Assembly (NCBI GenBank): GCA_030390025.1
Contig: CM059430.1
Coordinates: 11,098,001-11,162,000, forward strand
DNA length: 64,000 nucleotides
Source of the DNA: Squalus acanthias
Taxonomy: Eukaryota
Direction of reading: 5' to 3'
In this document: in pieces, positions 13,401 to 26,688 of the stretch
Position numbering within the stretch: the stretch's first letter is position 1
Layout of the letters: every line of letters begins with the position of its first letter
Position numbers and translations under genes: made by a program
The notes under the pieces: model-generated
What the model was told of the DNA's origin: nothing
The model's database searches: none
Seen by the model: the letters and a program-made list of their open reading frames with translations, nothing else

Positions 13401-16400
13401 TATTATTATGTGTTGCTGAGCTTTTAAAAATATGGCAATTCGTGCTGATTGTCACACATGGTTCCTTCCCAGTGGATGTATTGCTGTACATGTGTTGGCA
13501 TCCTCGTTTGGATATAGAAAGTACTTCCAGACACCTCAAGCTGACTTCTATAGATTAAAAGACATACGACCATCCCTCTAGTAACCTGGGTCCAATTGCC
13601 ACAACTACTTCTTTGCCTTTTCATTACTGACTGGTGAAATCTCTTTAGGGACGCGGTGGGTTGAGCATTAGCAGGAGTGGGGATTGTAAACTGCTGTTAG
13701 TTTACTGTGACCTGTCGTTTCCTAACCCTTCTTTGGTCGAGGTAGCTTCAAGGATCTCTCTATAGGCTCTGAGGTAACCAAATATAGCCCTCTCAGTGTT
13801 CCTGTCTATTTTCCAACCCCCGGGTTTGCCAAGATGCAGCGCAGAAGAACCCCACTTCAGCCACCTGGGGAACATTTCCTACCTGTGCAACGTGTAGGGA
13901 AATCGTAAAGGCGCTTTAAACAAGAGGCTTATCATTTCGTTATCTAGTGCACCGAGGAAATCTTTCTCCTTTTTGGCCAACAACGTTTTCCAATGAGTTC
14001 TTAAGTGTGCGGTATCTGTATTTATTCAGGCATGTCATCAAGATGAGAGGTTATAATTTGCAAGTCATAAGCAAGTAGACCCAAACTACTCAAAGCGGTC
14101 ATTGGTGTATGTAATTCGAATCTTCAAATTTGATGCGTTCTTGAAGTCTAACCATGTAACTGGTTCATTTAATAAACTGGGAGAATACCAGGTCGCTCAT
14201 ACAAAGCAAACATGATTTTCAGTCCAATATTTTGGTCATTTTTCGTTTGCACTGTATCTGAGTATCTGAGTAAAGCCCGAAAAGCTTCATTCTGAGCTCG
14301 CAAACCATTCATACATCCCAGCAAACACTTAGAGGAATAATTCCACTGGGATATAACCGTGTGGAAACGATGCGCGCTGATTTTTTATTTATTGCCCTTT
14401 GCATTCTTCATTTTAATGATCTTTAGAAATTCAAGCGAGAAAACGCCACGCAGAGAGGGATCCGAATGATTTGCAGATTTTCCATCATTTTTTCCTCATA
14501 GAACATTAAATGCTTCTAGACTTGTACACACCAGGCAATCTGCGAATCATGGCGATTCATTGAGGCCGCTCAAATAGATCAGGCGGGACAATATTGGGGA
14601 GGTTACATGCTATGGCCTTGCAGACACTGTGGAATATGCTGTCTGCAGCTATTTTCTGTGATTGTGCCATTAGTTGGATGGGAGCTGTCCTCCGTTCGTG
14701 TTGTACTCATCCAATTCAATCTGCAGAACGCTTATGTATTAACTTTTTTTGTAGAAAGAACTGACCAGTGTCCCAACTAGCAGAAGAAAAGCGATCGTGA
14801 GCGCGGGATTCTGCTTCCTCCAGGCTGCACCATCACCGAATAACAGTCTGGATTTTAACCTGTTAATGGCCGCGCCAGCATTCGCGCATCGCGCCCTAAA
14901 CTAACACAGAGCAGTTGGATTTCTATTTTTGGGGGAAAAAAATCTTTTGTCTTTACTTTCTGTTGTGCTGGGTGACACTCGATGTTATTTTCTCAACGCG
15001 CCGTTCTGTTAGACAGAATAACAGCAAAAGTAGCAAGAGAGTTGCTCAGAAGTTAAAGTGTTCGAAGGGTTTAACAAAAAGTTCATTATTTCAAAACTCA
15101 CGCTGCTGAAAGCTAAATAAGCCAATCATTTTCTCGATGGGTGGTATCTGTGTAACTCAACATAGCTACTCCACATTCTCGCTTTGATGAATTGATGCTA
15201 TAGTCACAAAGGACATCAATCATAAAACACACATTCCATTAATCACGATCAAACTTGCCAGCAGACACAGCCAGTAACTTGGCCCATTTTCAATTTCTGC
15301 ATTTGTTGAACTAAACGTTTGTCCAAAGTAGTATGGGAGCACGTTGAGGTTTATAGGGGAGAGAGTCACTATTGCGAGCCAACATGTTTTCTACTGCTCC
15401 ACGCACTTGCGTCTTCCTCCGATACGACACATGTATTGTCAACCAAAAATCCGCATTGTGTGGTTATAATATACAAACAACAATCTTTATTAAGCTGAAT
15501 GCAATCCCAAGCCTTAAAAAAAACCCACATCAAAATGGATGCAATTACCTTTTAGACCACACAATCAACATTAACGAATGCAGTTGTTCTGTGTCGCATC
15601 TGAGACTTTTGGGGGTTTCTTTGATGTTTCTTTAAAACCCATCCTGAAATCTAGTTGACCAAGCAAAGTATTTACCAATTCCAGATTGCTGAACTTTTCC
15701 CGCACCATTAAAATGCACTATTGAAAGCACTGGACTTGAACACGATATAGTCCTTTAAAATATGCTGTTAACAAGTATTGGGGAACCACGGGAGACTAGA
15801 AATGAATTTGAAGTTCAACTATTTGTATCGAAAAAGCTTTTATTTGTTGATTGCACTACCCCCTTCTGAATCATTAACCGGTCAGTTTCATAAATTCAAA
15901 AACAGACATTCGACTTAGTTTGATTTAGTTGAATGCAAGGGTTAAAATACATTGCAGTGTCGCCACTACTCCAGCCCCAGTGACATCCAGATCACTGTTC
16001 TCAGACTCATCGCAAGAGTTCATGATAATGATGAGCTTAGAGTCTCCTGGCTAAGCTAGTTTAAGTACTAACTAACTCCAGGCAGTGGAAGACCACAGAC
16101 AAACGTAAGGTTACGGTTAGTATTCTAACCGATCTTGCGACAAATATAAATATTCTCGGCAACGAACTATCACTACAAGAGTGTGCAGTCTCTTAAAAAG
16201 TGACTGGCATGGGTTAGGCATAACAACTGAAAATCGTGGCGATGCACTTTTAATGTATTTGTGTTTGAATAAGAATTGATTTATTAAAATATAGTGACGG
16301 GGACAGTACTTTTTGGAAAGGGGAATGCATATTTCCCGCGTGTTTTTAATAAAAGTTTTATACTTTCAGTAACACACAGATAACTGAATAAACGCAGATT

Positions 16401-17787
16401 ATATTTTTACTTACTTAAAGAATCTTAAATGTATTCACATTTGTTCAGATGGGCTCCGTTTTTAATATTCCGTTTAGGAGCAGGTACCTGGAGCACAGTC
16501 TGCCAGTGTTCTCAAAGTGGGACACTGAACTTCAAAATCCTAGTGTTAAATTAGATTTTTTTGCTAAGAATGTCAGAAGATAATACAACCTATTCTATTA
16601 GTGTTCATTTACACTATAATTTTAGTCTCACTATGAAGCATCACAGTGCCAATATGACTCCATATATAAGTGATGGGAGACTCCCTGGTAAAGGTAGTCT
16701 CCTATCTCCTGGGCACTTTTTAAACCTTCCTGGAGTTGTAACCTAAAACCTGATCAAACCTAAAACATTCCAATCTGACGAAACTATCATTGAATTCTAG
16801 TTGAGATGAGCCTGTGTCTACTTAACACTCAGACTTTGTTGCTTTAAAAGGACACAGCTCCATTTCAGAACAAAAAATACATTGCGCTTTTTCAAGTATA
16901 GCACTCTTGTCCTTATAGAACAGAGTGTCATTTTGACTTACCATGGGCAATGTTACAATAGTGTTTTTTCTTAAAAAAAAATGCTTGTTACATATTCTGG
17001 GAAAGGCCCCATAATGAAGAGCATGATAATTACAGAATGTTTTATTCATTTTTAGGAAGCTTTTTCAGAATCTTCTACCAGGATGTATGTTCATGGTAAC
17101 ACATCCAGAATCTGATTAAATTTGGAGATTTCCTTTTCCCTAAACGTTTAGGGTGTTTATTTTACGCTGCACCCAGAAATAAAACTGTATTTACATTTTT
17201 GTGAGGTTGACATTCCACAATGTAGTTGCATGGTTGCCTACACTTAAGCAGGTCAGTAAAATATGAGACATGTTGATATATTTGAAATCTCGATACACAA
17301 AACTCTCAAAATCTTTCCAAGTTATATTGTTTACAAGATATACAGCTTGGCATGACTTAATGCAATGACAACTGTATGATTTAAATTTATACCTTACGGG
17401 CAGTTCAATATACGTGCATGATTTATGGCACTCTTTACCCACTATGTGTTTGTGATATAAGCTGTTGTGTATGATCCAAGTTTACATACAGTGAACTGCA
17501 ATAATGTGCAAACTTCAAGTCCTTACCACAGGCAAACTCATTAATTTGTCAAATAACGAGTTTACAGACAGCTCTTTCCCTCCACACATACCCACACAAG
17601 CAACATTAAGATGACAACAAGTACAGTTTTTGCAACAGCTGATGAATGGAACCTGAATAAAAAGAAAATACAAAATTGCAAAGGTTAGGTTAGAACTTTT
17701 TGCCCAATGTATGTGTTGATTTGTTATGAGGAAAGGTAATTACATTTCAGGGTCTTTTATAAACTCATACATACATACATATATAGT

Positions 17788-17965
17788 GACATAGTCCACA
17801 GCACAGACACAGGCCATTCGGCCCAACTGGTCCATGCCGATGTTTACGCTCCACACAAGCCTCCTCGCACCCCTCTTCATCTCACCCTATCAGCATATTC
17901 TTCTATTCCTTTCTCCCTCATGTGTTTATCGAGCTTCCCCTGAAATGCATCTATGCTGTTCACCT
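17788..17965 (-). mobile_element. CR1 LINE 3'-end fragment
   Basis: ggccattcggcccaactggtccatg terminal hairpin; same family as 51160-51500. Confidence 0.7.
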
Positions 17966-18765
17966 CCGAGTCAGCACTCGTGCAGCTTTAGGAAATGTGG
18001 TAAAGTGTTGATAGGAAATAAGATATGGAAGTTCAGTGATCTGAAGGGAAAAATTATATCTTACAGAGTAGCTCAGTATTGGGTGGTATTTCAAATGGAA
18101 CATCAATCCTTTTGTTACTCTGTCACACTGGGTAACAAATGAATAATTTCCTTCTAAAGCTAAACAGAATATTAGCAAGATACAAACTGAATAAGCATTG
18201 CGATTAGAAAGCCCAAACTAAGTAATCTTATTTAGTCTGCAAGAATACATAAACACTGAAATACACTACAATATGTTTGCTTTTAAATTCTTCATTATTT
18301 TGGTTAAAGCTAGACCAAAGTACAACAGGATTTAGATATTTTTCCGATGATATGACTTGCTAAGATGCTAAGGTTTTAAACTGATCCAGTTGATCACTTG
18401 GTCAAAAATATGCAATATTATTCCATAGCTTTCCAATTGAACTTGTACAATTGTTTGATATGAAAAGTACATGAAAAATTGTTCCATAAATATGTTAAAT
18501 GTTGGCCGTGAAACAAAATAAAATCCATTATGGATTCAGCAGAAATGACAAAAGAAGTAAATGATAGATTTCGAAGGTAATCTCTTTAAGTAGGTTTTAG
18601 AAGTAATTGATAATGTATCTTTTGAATGGGGGAACTGATAAGACTGAGAAGTGAATTATTGCACATTAAGAATACCCACCTTCTCAACTTCTGTTTATCC
18701 ATTTGTAGTATTTTAATTTAATAATGTGAAGGAATAATTAACATGGCATTAATATATGACACATC

Positions 18766-18940
18766 CAACGTTCCCTGTAGGCTGCACTATGTTCTGCGCA
18801 GCCTGTTTCTTTCAATGCGCGGTCACTTTAAATTTCTGCGCCCTCATGGTATTTCCAATGTAAAAGCTTATGAGCGGCCTGCGCAGGACCTTGCAGATTA
18901 CTGCGCGACTGCGCACGCACACAGCTTAGAGGGAACATTG
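18766..18940. mobile_element. hAT-type MITE (175 bp)
   Basis: TIRs CAACGTTCCCTGTAGGCTG / CAGCTTAGAGGGAACATTG; 8-bp TSD GACACATC / GACATATC. Confidence 0.8.
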
Positions 18941-20087
18941 GACATATCCTGATTTTATTCTGTATAATAACTCTTTTACCATGCTTATCTATAAAATTTC
19001 TAACTTCTCAGTGTAAATTATATTCACTTAATTAAATAAGGATTTTACATGTTGAAGGGTTTCATAGACGTTTATTCCACAACAGAGGTCGACAGCAAAA
19101 TTCAGCAGCCAAGAATTCAAAAGGCACAATGAGTAGCACTGCTCCGCCTTATCAGTGGAACAAAAATCACATTAATTAAAAAGTATTATTCTGTTTATCT
19201 TATAGGTGTATTTTGTTTTTATTTTGTGCTGTTGTTGTACTGTGTTAGTTAGGTGCAGAGTGTGGTGCACAGGCAGCAAGACTCTCGTTATAGTGCCTGA
19301 TTGTATGTCTCACTCTGTTCTCCAGGAAGGTGCCATGTGTATGGATGCTTACACACACATATAGAGGCAGCGCTTCCTCATGAGATTAAAAAAAGATTCT
19401 GCTTATATTTATAAAGTGCTCCCAAAGTCCAGCAGGCTACCTGAGCACTTTTTAAACCTGTTTGACACTGCACTGGACTATATTCTATATGATATCAAGC
19501 CCAAGCGATGTGAGATGGCTCCCCAAAGGAGTCTCTCACTGCTTAGTTTATGTGCACTCTGGATCTCGATTACGACCCGACTGCAGAATTATTTTGCCAC
19601 TTGTGCTTCATTCTGAAGGAGGAATTGCTTTGTAGATACACACAAGTGATAATTTAACTGCACTACTTGCGTTTTCATTCTTAAATATTATTGTTACTTT
19701 TGAATCTGGGGATGGAAACGGTGTAAAAGATCATTTCCTTCCAGTGCAGAATAAATTGGGTTACATAAGTGAGGGTAAAATGATTATTTCGAGCACAATG
19801 ATAGCTGCACTATTTATTTGGGAAGATGGGAGACTTTTCAAATTATGCCAAATGTTTATGCAGTCAGTGTGGAAAGAAATAACTTGGATGCTTGCACTAG
19901 CAACATGTACGAACAATTATATAATGGACTCAGAATGCGTTGGTTATGATGAGTAATATTGTTTCATATTTAATGAAAACATTTATTGGAATATAGACTT
20001 ATTAGAAATTATGGGGGAAGAATAGCTCTGGTCACTTAGCGCAGTGATATCATAAATGCATTTTGTTTATGATATTGATATGCATAG

Positions 20088-20345
20088 AAAAGAAGAACTT
20101 TGTATTTATATACCACCTTTCACTTCCTCGGGATGTCCTAACGTGCTTACAGCCAATGAAATTTTATGCGCAGTTACTGTTCTTCTGTAGGCAAACATGG
20201 TAGACAATGTATGCACAGCAAGATCCCACACGCAGCATTGAGATAGTGACCAGTTAATCTGTTTTGGTTGAGGAGAAATGTTGGCCAGGACACTTAGAGA
20301 ACTCTCTGCTCTTCTTTGAATAGTGCCAAGAGATTTTCTTCAATG
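20088..20345 (-). mobile_element. DeuSINE (SacSINE1-like) 3' part, diverged
   Basis: Aligns by eye to the 26243-26688 copy (acagccaatgaa...agcaagatcccac...gaatagtgcca). Confidence 0.7.
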
Positions 20346-21039
20346 TAACCACAGCAGTTCTTCCCCCTTCGTGTCCACTTAGCAGACAAGGATTTCATCT
20401 AAAGAAGGCTAAAGTCACAAAATAAAATAGCTGGATATCTTCTCCAGTGCTGTGTTAGAATTGTTTTATGAAGAGACCAAGAACTCATAAAACATCTAAC
20501 AACTAGAAACTAGAAGGCTGTGTGCCGGATTTAAAAAGAGCCACGTTTTACACAAGATTTGCAAAATTAAAAACTTGCAAGTACAAGTTGAATGCCAGCA
20601 AATGCATAACTAATTTTGCAAAAAATAATTTTTGGATCAGGATATTTATAAACTGATAAAATAGACAATTTGTAGATCTTTTGTCCTAATAAACACCAAG
20701 AAACACTACGCTTGGATCAAGATTTCTATACACTAGATAAAAATAATAAGTTTTCAAATTTTGTACTGTTGTCCATTTAATTATTCACTTGGCAATTCAA
20801 TCTAAATAAAAATAGAAAGGTGGAACAAATCATAATTTATACAAAAACTGATCAACATCTAAATGTTTGCCATGTTTTAGTGAAATTTGGCACTGGACTC
20901 TGTTTTGTGCAGAAATCAAGAAAAATCGGCTATGTTTTAAGCTTAGGTAAAGATTTTGCTTTTAAGCATTATATTGAATTAGGAATTTTACACAATAGCA
21001 ATGAATGGAAAGTGGATTACTCTAATAGAATGACACGCT

Positions 21040-22130
21040 GGTTGATGGCTCAGCTAATTCAGACAGTGAACCGCTGAGGCATATGGACCAGGGTGCCAGG
21101 TTCACTTTCCAGTCTAAGCTAAGTTAACTGATCTCAGTCAAAGTGGCATTAGGAATGTTACAATTAGCCCCAGAGACCCTGGGGTAGAGTTTTCACTTTA
21201 GGCGCAATCAGGAAATTGCGTCCAAAATGCATTTGAAATTCCGCTGGTTAGGTCACACTTCAAGTTTCTGCGAAAATTCATTTGCATAATCACAAACGTA
21301 AAATCTTCCATGAACCAGGGCAATCAGGCAGTGCAGTAGAGCGTAATTGTTTCTTTTTTTCTTTCCATTAAAAAGTATTCCTTGATGTATTTAAGAGTGG
21401 TAACCTGGTGCAGTTTTATTGATACAACTAAAAATGGGTTTATCACCAAAAATAAGCACTTTTAATAATGGTGTCTAGTCCTCCACCAGTGAGTAACCTG
21501 ATTTAAAATCACTGAAAATGCCTTAAAAAAAAGATTATACTGAACCATTTAATAGTTTCATTGGTGTACACTGGTCAGTTTCTTAGAAAATTACATATTT
21601 TTTGATATGAAAATACTTTAAAAATGTGCCTACTAGAACCTGTGCACCTAAGAAAATGAACGCAAGTTGAAGAGCCTTTCCGAACCAATGCAACTGGTCA
21701 GTTTTGTGGGCGGGGCCTGATTCGGGCGAATTGAATCTTGAACCAGCATAAAAGATCGTGGAAAACACGAGCGTGAGTGGTTTTGGGCGTAACTCACTTG
21801 CGTTTAAAATTCCCCGATCTTTTGCGCTGCTTCGGCCGATTCTGCAGGGATTGCGCTGATAAAACTAACGGGAACAATCGTAAAATCGACCCCTCCCCCT
21901 GAGTTTAGGAGTGGAAAATCAACCAAGCGTTTCCACTCTAATCCAGTGATCTACTGCATGCGTGAGTATTGGGTAAGGGTTAGATTGACTTGGCTGTGAT
22001 ACCTTTGTGATCGAGTAGTCTGTTGACACTCACTGTCTAGGCTTACACATGAATAATGGCCACTTAGTCAAGGTATTAGAGAGCAAACTAGTGCCTGTGT
22101 AACCGATTACAACAAAGAGTCATCAGGAGG
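21040..22130 (+). mobile_element. Old tRNA-headed SINE-like repeat, split by a DNA element at 21181-21893
   Basis: tggctcag...ccaggttc head; body (ggctgtgat...cactcactgtctaggcttacacatgaataatggccactt) recurs at ~46630-47070(-), ~51770-51960 and ~55590-55835. Confidence 0.55.
21181..21893. mobile_element. Non-autonomous Harbinger-like element, family B
   Basis: Imperfect TIRs GGGGTAGAGTTT / AAAATCGACCCC; interior is a reverse-complement match to 45055-46627. Confidence 0.6.
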
Positions 22131-22199
22131 GGAAGCAAGTCATTGGCAGAAATAATGGAGGGAAACAAAAAAAATTATATGCTTGGACATATGTTTATC

Positions 22200-22298
22200 T
22201 ATTTCTCTGTTTACAGATGCTACCTGACCTACTGAGTTTTTCCAGCATTTTCTGCTTTTATTTCAGATTTCCAGCATCCGCAGCATTTTGGTTTTGTA
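22200..22298 (+). mobile_element. Penelope-like terminal fragment (no ribozyme core)
   Basis: cagatgctacctgacctactgag...gatttccagcatccgcagcattttg matches 10345-10427. Confidence 0.7.
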
Positions 22299-22329
22299 TT
22301 ACTGTTTAACTCCCTGCCACTTCTCTTCT

Positions 22330-22920
22330 AGGAATGTCATAGAGTCCAGGTCCTCACCACTCGCTGCGTAAAAATGTTTTTTCCTCACGTCCCCCCTGCA
22401 TCTCTTGCCCAAAACTTTAAATCTGTGTCCCCTAGTCCTTGTACCATCAACTAGTGGGAACAACCTTTCCCCGTCTAGCCCATCCAAACCCGTCATAATC
22501 TTGTACACCTCTATCAAATCACCCCTCAACCTCCTTTGCTCTAATGAAAACAAATCCAGCTTCTCTAACCTGTCCTTGTAACTAAGATCCCCCATCCCCG
22601 GAACCATTCTGGTAAATCTCCTCTGCACCCTCTCAAGGGTCTTCACATCCTTCCTAAAGTGTGGTGACCAGAACTGGACGCAATACTCCAGTTGTGGCCT
22701 AACCAGCACTTTATAAAGGTTCAGAATAACTTCTCTACTTTTGTACTCAATACCTCTATTTATGAAGCTCAAGATCCCAATGCTTTGCTAACCACTCTCT
22801 CAATATGTCCTGCCACCTTCAGGGACCTATGCACATTAACTCCCAGGTCCCTCTGTCCCTGCACACTCCTTAAAACTGTGCCATTAAGTGTATATTGCCT
22901 CTCCCTGTTCCTTCTGCCAA
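22330..22920 (-). mobile_element. CR1 LINE ORF2 C-terminal fragment
   Basis: LVRPQLEYCVQFWSP...LERVQRRFTRMVPG...RRLRGDLIEVYKI. Confidence 0.9.
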
Positions 22921-22964
22921 GGAATGCCCACCTTGAAGAAGTTCTGCTCTTCTCTCCGACGGGA

Positions 22965-23972
22965 TTTCCATTTGTCTCTTTTACCTTGTTCATCTTCATT
23001 GCTTTCTGTTTCCCTTGTGTTTGCCTTCCATCCTATCACAGACCTTCCTTTTTGTTCTTTCTTCCCCTCCCCCCTTTCCCTGCCCCTACACTTGCTTAAA
23101 AACCTGTTACATCTCCAACTTTTTCCAGTTCTGACGAAGGGTCATCGACCTGAAACAATGGCCCAAAAATTAGTGAGGGAGCCTTCGTGCGAGGGTAAGG
23201 CTTCCCCGCGATCTCTCACTGCGCGTTGGCTTTTTCATTCCCAGCTCGCACGAACTTGATGTTCTGGACAGCTGCTGTGCTGGGCTTCCGTATCCCACAG
23301 GCGCAATTAATTCGTGCGAGCTGTGGGATCACGTGACTCAGTTAGAGCCAATGGCAGCACACCATCTTTCATTCATAGCTTTCACAACAAGTGCTGTGAA
23401 AGCTATGAATCTATACCCCCCAAAAGAACAGCTAAACCTCAATTAAATTTTTTAAAAAACCATCACATTAATAAAATAAGTATAGTTAAATAAATTAACC
23501 ATTTTAAACAAAAAATTAAATTTTTGAAAAAATTTAAAATCTTTTAAAAAGTTATAAAAATAAACTTTACCTTTCTTTAAAGTCTCTAAAAAAGATATAC
23601 CTGTTGAAAAAAATTCAAAATAATACTTAATTAACTACTTACCTTGTTAAAAGAGGGTCTTACGCCTCCTTTCTTTATGTGTAAAATCTTCCATGCTTAC
23701 CTGCGCGTTCAAAGCACTAAGTGCACTGCGTGCGCGCAGCCTGTAGCGCGCACGCGGTTCACTTAGGAACCGCCCCCTTTTGAAATCACCAAGTGCCGGT
23801 TTTCAGCGCATGCGCAGTGCATGCTGGAAACCGGCAATTGGAGACAGAATACGCGAGAGTACACAGTGCGTACTCTCGCGTAGCAACACTAATTTTTGGG
23901 CCATTAACTCTGTTTCTCTCTCCACAGATGCTGCCTGACCTGCTGAGTATTTCCAGCATTTTCTGTTTATCT
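22965..23972 (+). mobile_element. Penelope-like terminal region with hammerhead core, interrupted at 23160-23902
   Basis: CTGACGAAGGGTCATCGACCTGAAAC at 23131-23156; resumes ATTAACTCTGTTTCTCTCTCCACAGATG at 23903. Confidence 0.75.
23160..23902. mobile_element. Harbinger-like non-autonomous element, family A, copy 1 (743 bp)
   Basis: Perfect 16-bp TIR GGCCCAAAAATTAGTG; 3-bp AWT flanks; several internal hairpins. Confidence 0.85.
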
Positions 23973-24814
23973 GTAGTGATCTGTCCTTTAAGGGGCATTT
24001 TCCTGCTATGTTTATTGCAAACTATAAAGTATAATAGATATGCTGTTGGAATAAGCTTTTTCCCCTGTTTCAACCTCATAAAGGAATCAGCAACATTATT
24101 TGTTGGTTTGTTCTTGTAAATTTCTAATCCACTGATGTCTTCAGTTCGTAAAACTGAAGTGACTTGTGTAATTAAAATATTTTTTTCCTCATATGAAATA
24201 TTTTTGTGATACAATAATTGTTTTTTCTAATAATATTTGTCTACCAAATCAAATTACCCTCTTACATTCTCATTTACAGAATATGAATCACCATCCACTG
24301 GAACATTTGTTGAGCTTATTTGATTTTTACTGAACCAAGATGACCTGAGACGATTATTACTTTGGCAGCCGCATTCAGTTGTGTATTAATCACATTTCTA
24401 TGTTTTTATTTAATCCGCAAAACTTTATGAACAGATTTGTACTGCATGAATCGTGCACAAGACAGAATCGAAGAATCAAAGATCTGACTCAGGACAAAGA
24501 GCTGCACAAGGGTATAGGTGTTTGCCTGTTTGTTTGTTCTTCAATGTTTATCAAAGAAAGCTATTTGCTTTTATTGTCCTGTATGCCTGGACAATAATTG
24601 TGTCATTTTATGATACAATCTCCCATTTTGTTGGAACTTTAAAATTCCTGTATCTGAAGAGATATGGTTGCCATTCTGCTGTTCTGAAGCTCTGGTTTCT
24701 TTACTCTAGCCTAAACAAAACAACTTGCAAACAAATTCATGCCAATCCCGGATTCTACCTAGTGATCCAACTTCTACTGGGATCATTCTTTATTATTCAC
24801 ACCTTTGATCATTT

Positions 24815-26002
24815 CATAGAATTATAGAAGGACAGAAGGCAGCCATTCGGCCCATCGAGTCTGCGCCGGCTCTTTCGAAGAGCAATCCAGTTAGTCCCAC
24901 TCCCCCGCTCTTTCCCCATATCCCTGCAATTTTTTCTCCTTCAAGTATTTATCCAATTCCCTTTTGAAGCTACTATTGAATCTGTATCCACCACCCGATC
25001 AGGCAGCGCATTCCAAATCCTAACCACTCGTTGCATAATGAAGTTTTTCCTCATGTCGCCTCTGGTTCTTTTGCCAATCACCTTAAATCTGTGATGTGTT
25101 TTTATTGAACCTTCAGCCATTGGAAACAATTTCTCTTTATTTACTGTATCTAAACCATTCATGATTTTAAACACCTCTGTCAAATCTTCTCTTAGCCTTC
25201 TCTGCTCCAAGGAGAACAACTCCAGCTTCTCTAGTCTATCCGCGTGACTGTAATCCCTCATCCCTGGAACCATTCTAGTAAATCTCTACTGTACCCTCTC
25301 CAAAGCCTTTACGTTCTTCCTAAAGTGCGGTGTCCTAGAATTGGACACAATACTCCAGCTGGGGCCGAACTAGTGTTTTATATAGATTCGCATAACTTCC
25401 TGGCTTTTGTACTCTATGCCTCTATTTATAAAGCCCAGGATCCCATATGCTTTATTAACTGCTTTGTTAACCTGTCCTGCCACCTTCAGAGATTTGTGCA
25501 CAAGCATCCCCAAGTCTCTCTGTTCTTGCACCCCCCTTTAAAATTGTACCCTTTAGCTTGTATTGTCTCTCCTCATTCCTCCTACCAAAATGTATCACCT
25601 CATACTTTTCTGTGTTGAATTTCATCTGCCATGTGTCCGCCCATTCCACTAGCCTGTCTATGTCCTCTTGAAGTCTATTACTATCTTCCTCACTGTTTAC
25701 TACACTTCCACGTTCTGTTTCATCTTCAAATTTCAAAATTGTGCCCTGTACCCCCAACTCCAATTCATGAATGTATATCAAAAACAGCAGTGATCCTAGT
25801 ACTGAACCCTGGGGAACTCCACTGTCTCCTCCCTCCAGTCCAAAAAACAGCCATTCACCGCAACTCTGTTTTCTATCCCTTAACCAATTTTGTATCCACG
25901 CTGCTACTGCCACTTTTATCCCATGGGCTTCAATTTTGCTAACAAGCCTAATATGTGGAACTTTATCAAGCACCTTTTGAAAGTCCATATACACAACATC
26001 AT
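24815..26002 (-). mobile_element. CR1 LINE, RT to 3' end, degenerate
   Basis: VYMDFQKVLDKVPH, SGVPQGSVLG, C-terminal ORF2 motifs and 3' hairpin. Confidence 0.9.
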
Positions 26003-26242
26003 GTGTTTGTAAATAATTAATATTACTTGTGGAATTAATAAAATGCATATTTATATGTGTAGAACATTGTTTCTTGTTGGTTATTGTGCCTGCTGAAAAT
26101 AATAATTATTGAATAAACAATATCATGTGACAATAGTGTGTTACCTTTCTCATGTGCAATTACTGTATATACAGACAATAAATCAGTACATTTTACAATT
26201 GCAGTCCTCTGCCTAGACAGCATGCCGTTGAGAGGATTTGAA

Positions 26243-26688
26243 AGAAAAGAAAAAAGAAAGACTTGCATTTATATAGTGCCTTTCACAACCACCAGACATC
26301 TCAAAGCGCTTTACAGCCAATGAAGTACTTTTGGAGTGTAGTCACTGTTGTAATGTGGGAAATGCAGCAGCCAATTTGCAAGGTCCCACAAACAGCAATG
26401 ACCAGATAATCTGTTTTTGTTATGTGGATTGAGGGATAAATCCAGGGGATAACTCGCCTGCTCTTCTTCGAAATAGTGCCATGGGATGTTTTACGTCCAG
26501 CTGAGAGAGCAGACCGGGCCTCAGTTTAACATCTTATCTAAAAGACGGCACCTCCGACAGTGCAGCACTCCCTCAGCACTGCACTGGAGTGTCAGCCTAG
26601 CTTTATGTGCACAAGTCCCTGGAGTGGGACTTTGAACCCACAACCTTCTGACTCAGAGGCGAGTGTGCTACCAACTGAGCCACAGCTA
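26243..26688 (-). mobile_element. DeuSINE (SacSINE1-like), full length
   Basis: On minus: tRNA head with A box TGGCTCAGTTGG and B box GGTTCAAAGTCC; Deu core CTGTCGGAGGTGCCGTCTTT; L2-like tail. Confidence 0.85.

Noticed and set aside
26600-26688. tRNA-like sequences (also ~30270-30340, 47432-47500, 53145-53214)
   Set aside because: SINE heads continuous with SINE bodies, not tRNA genes.
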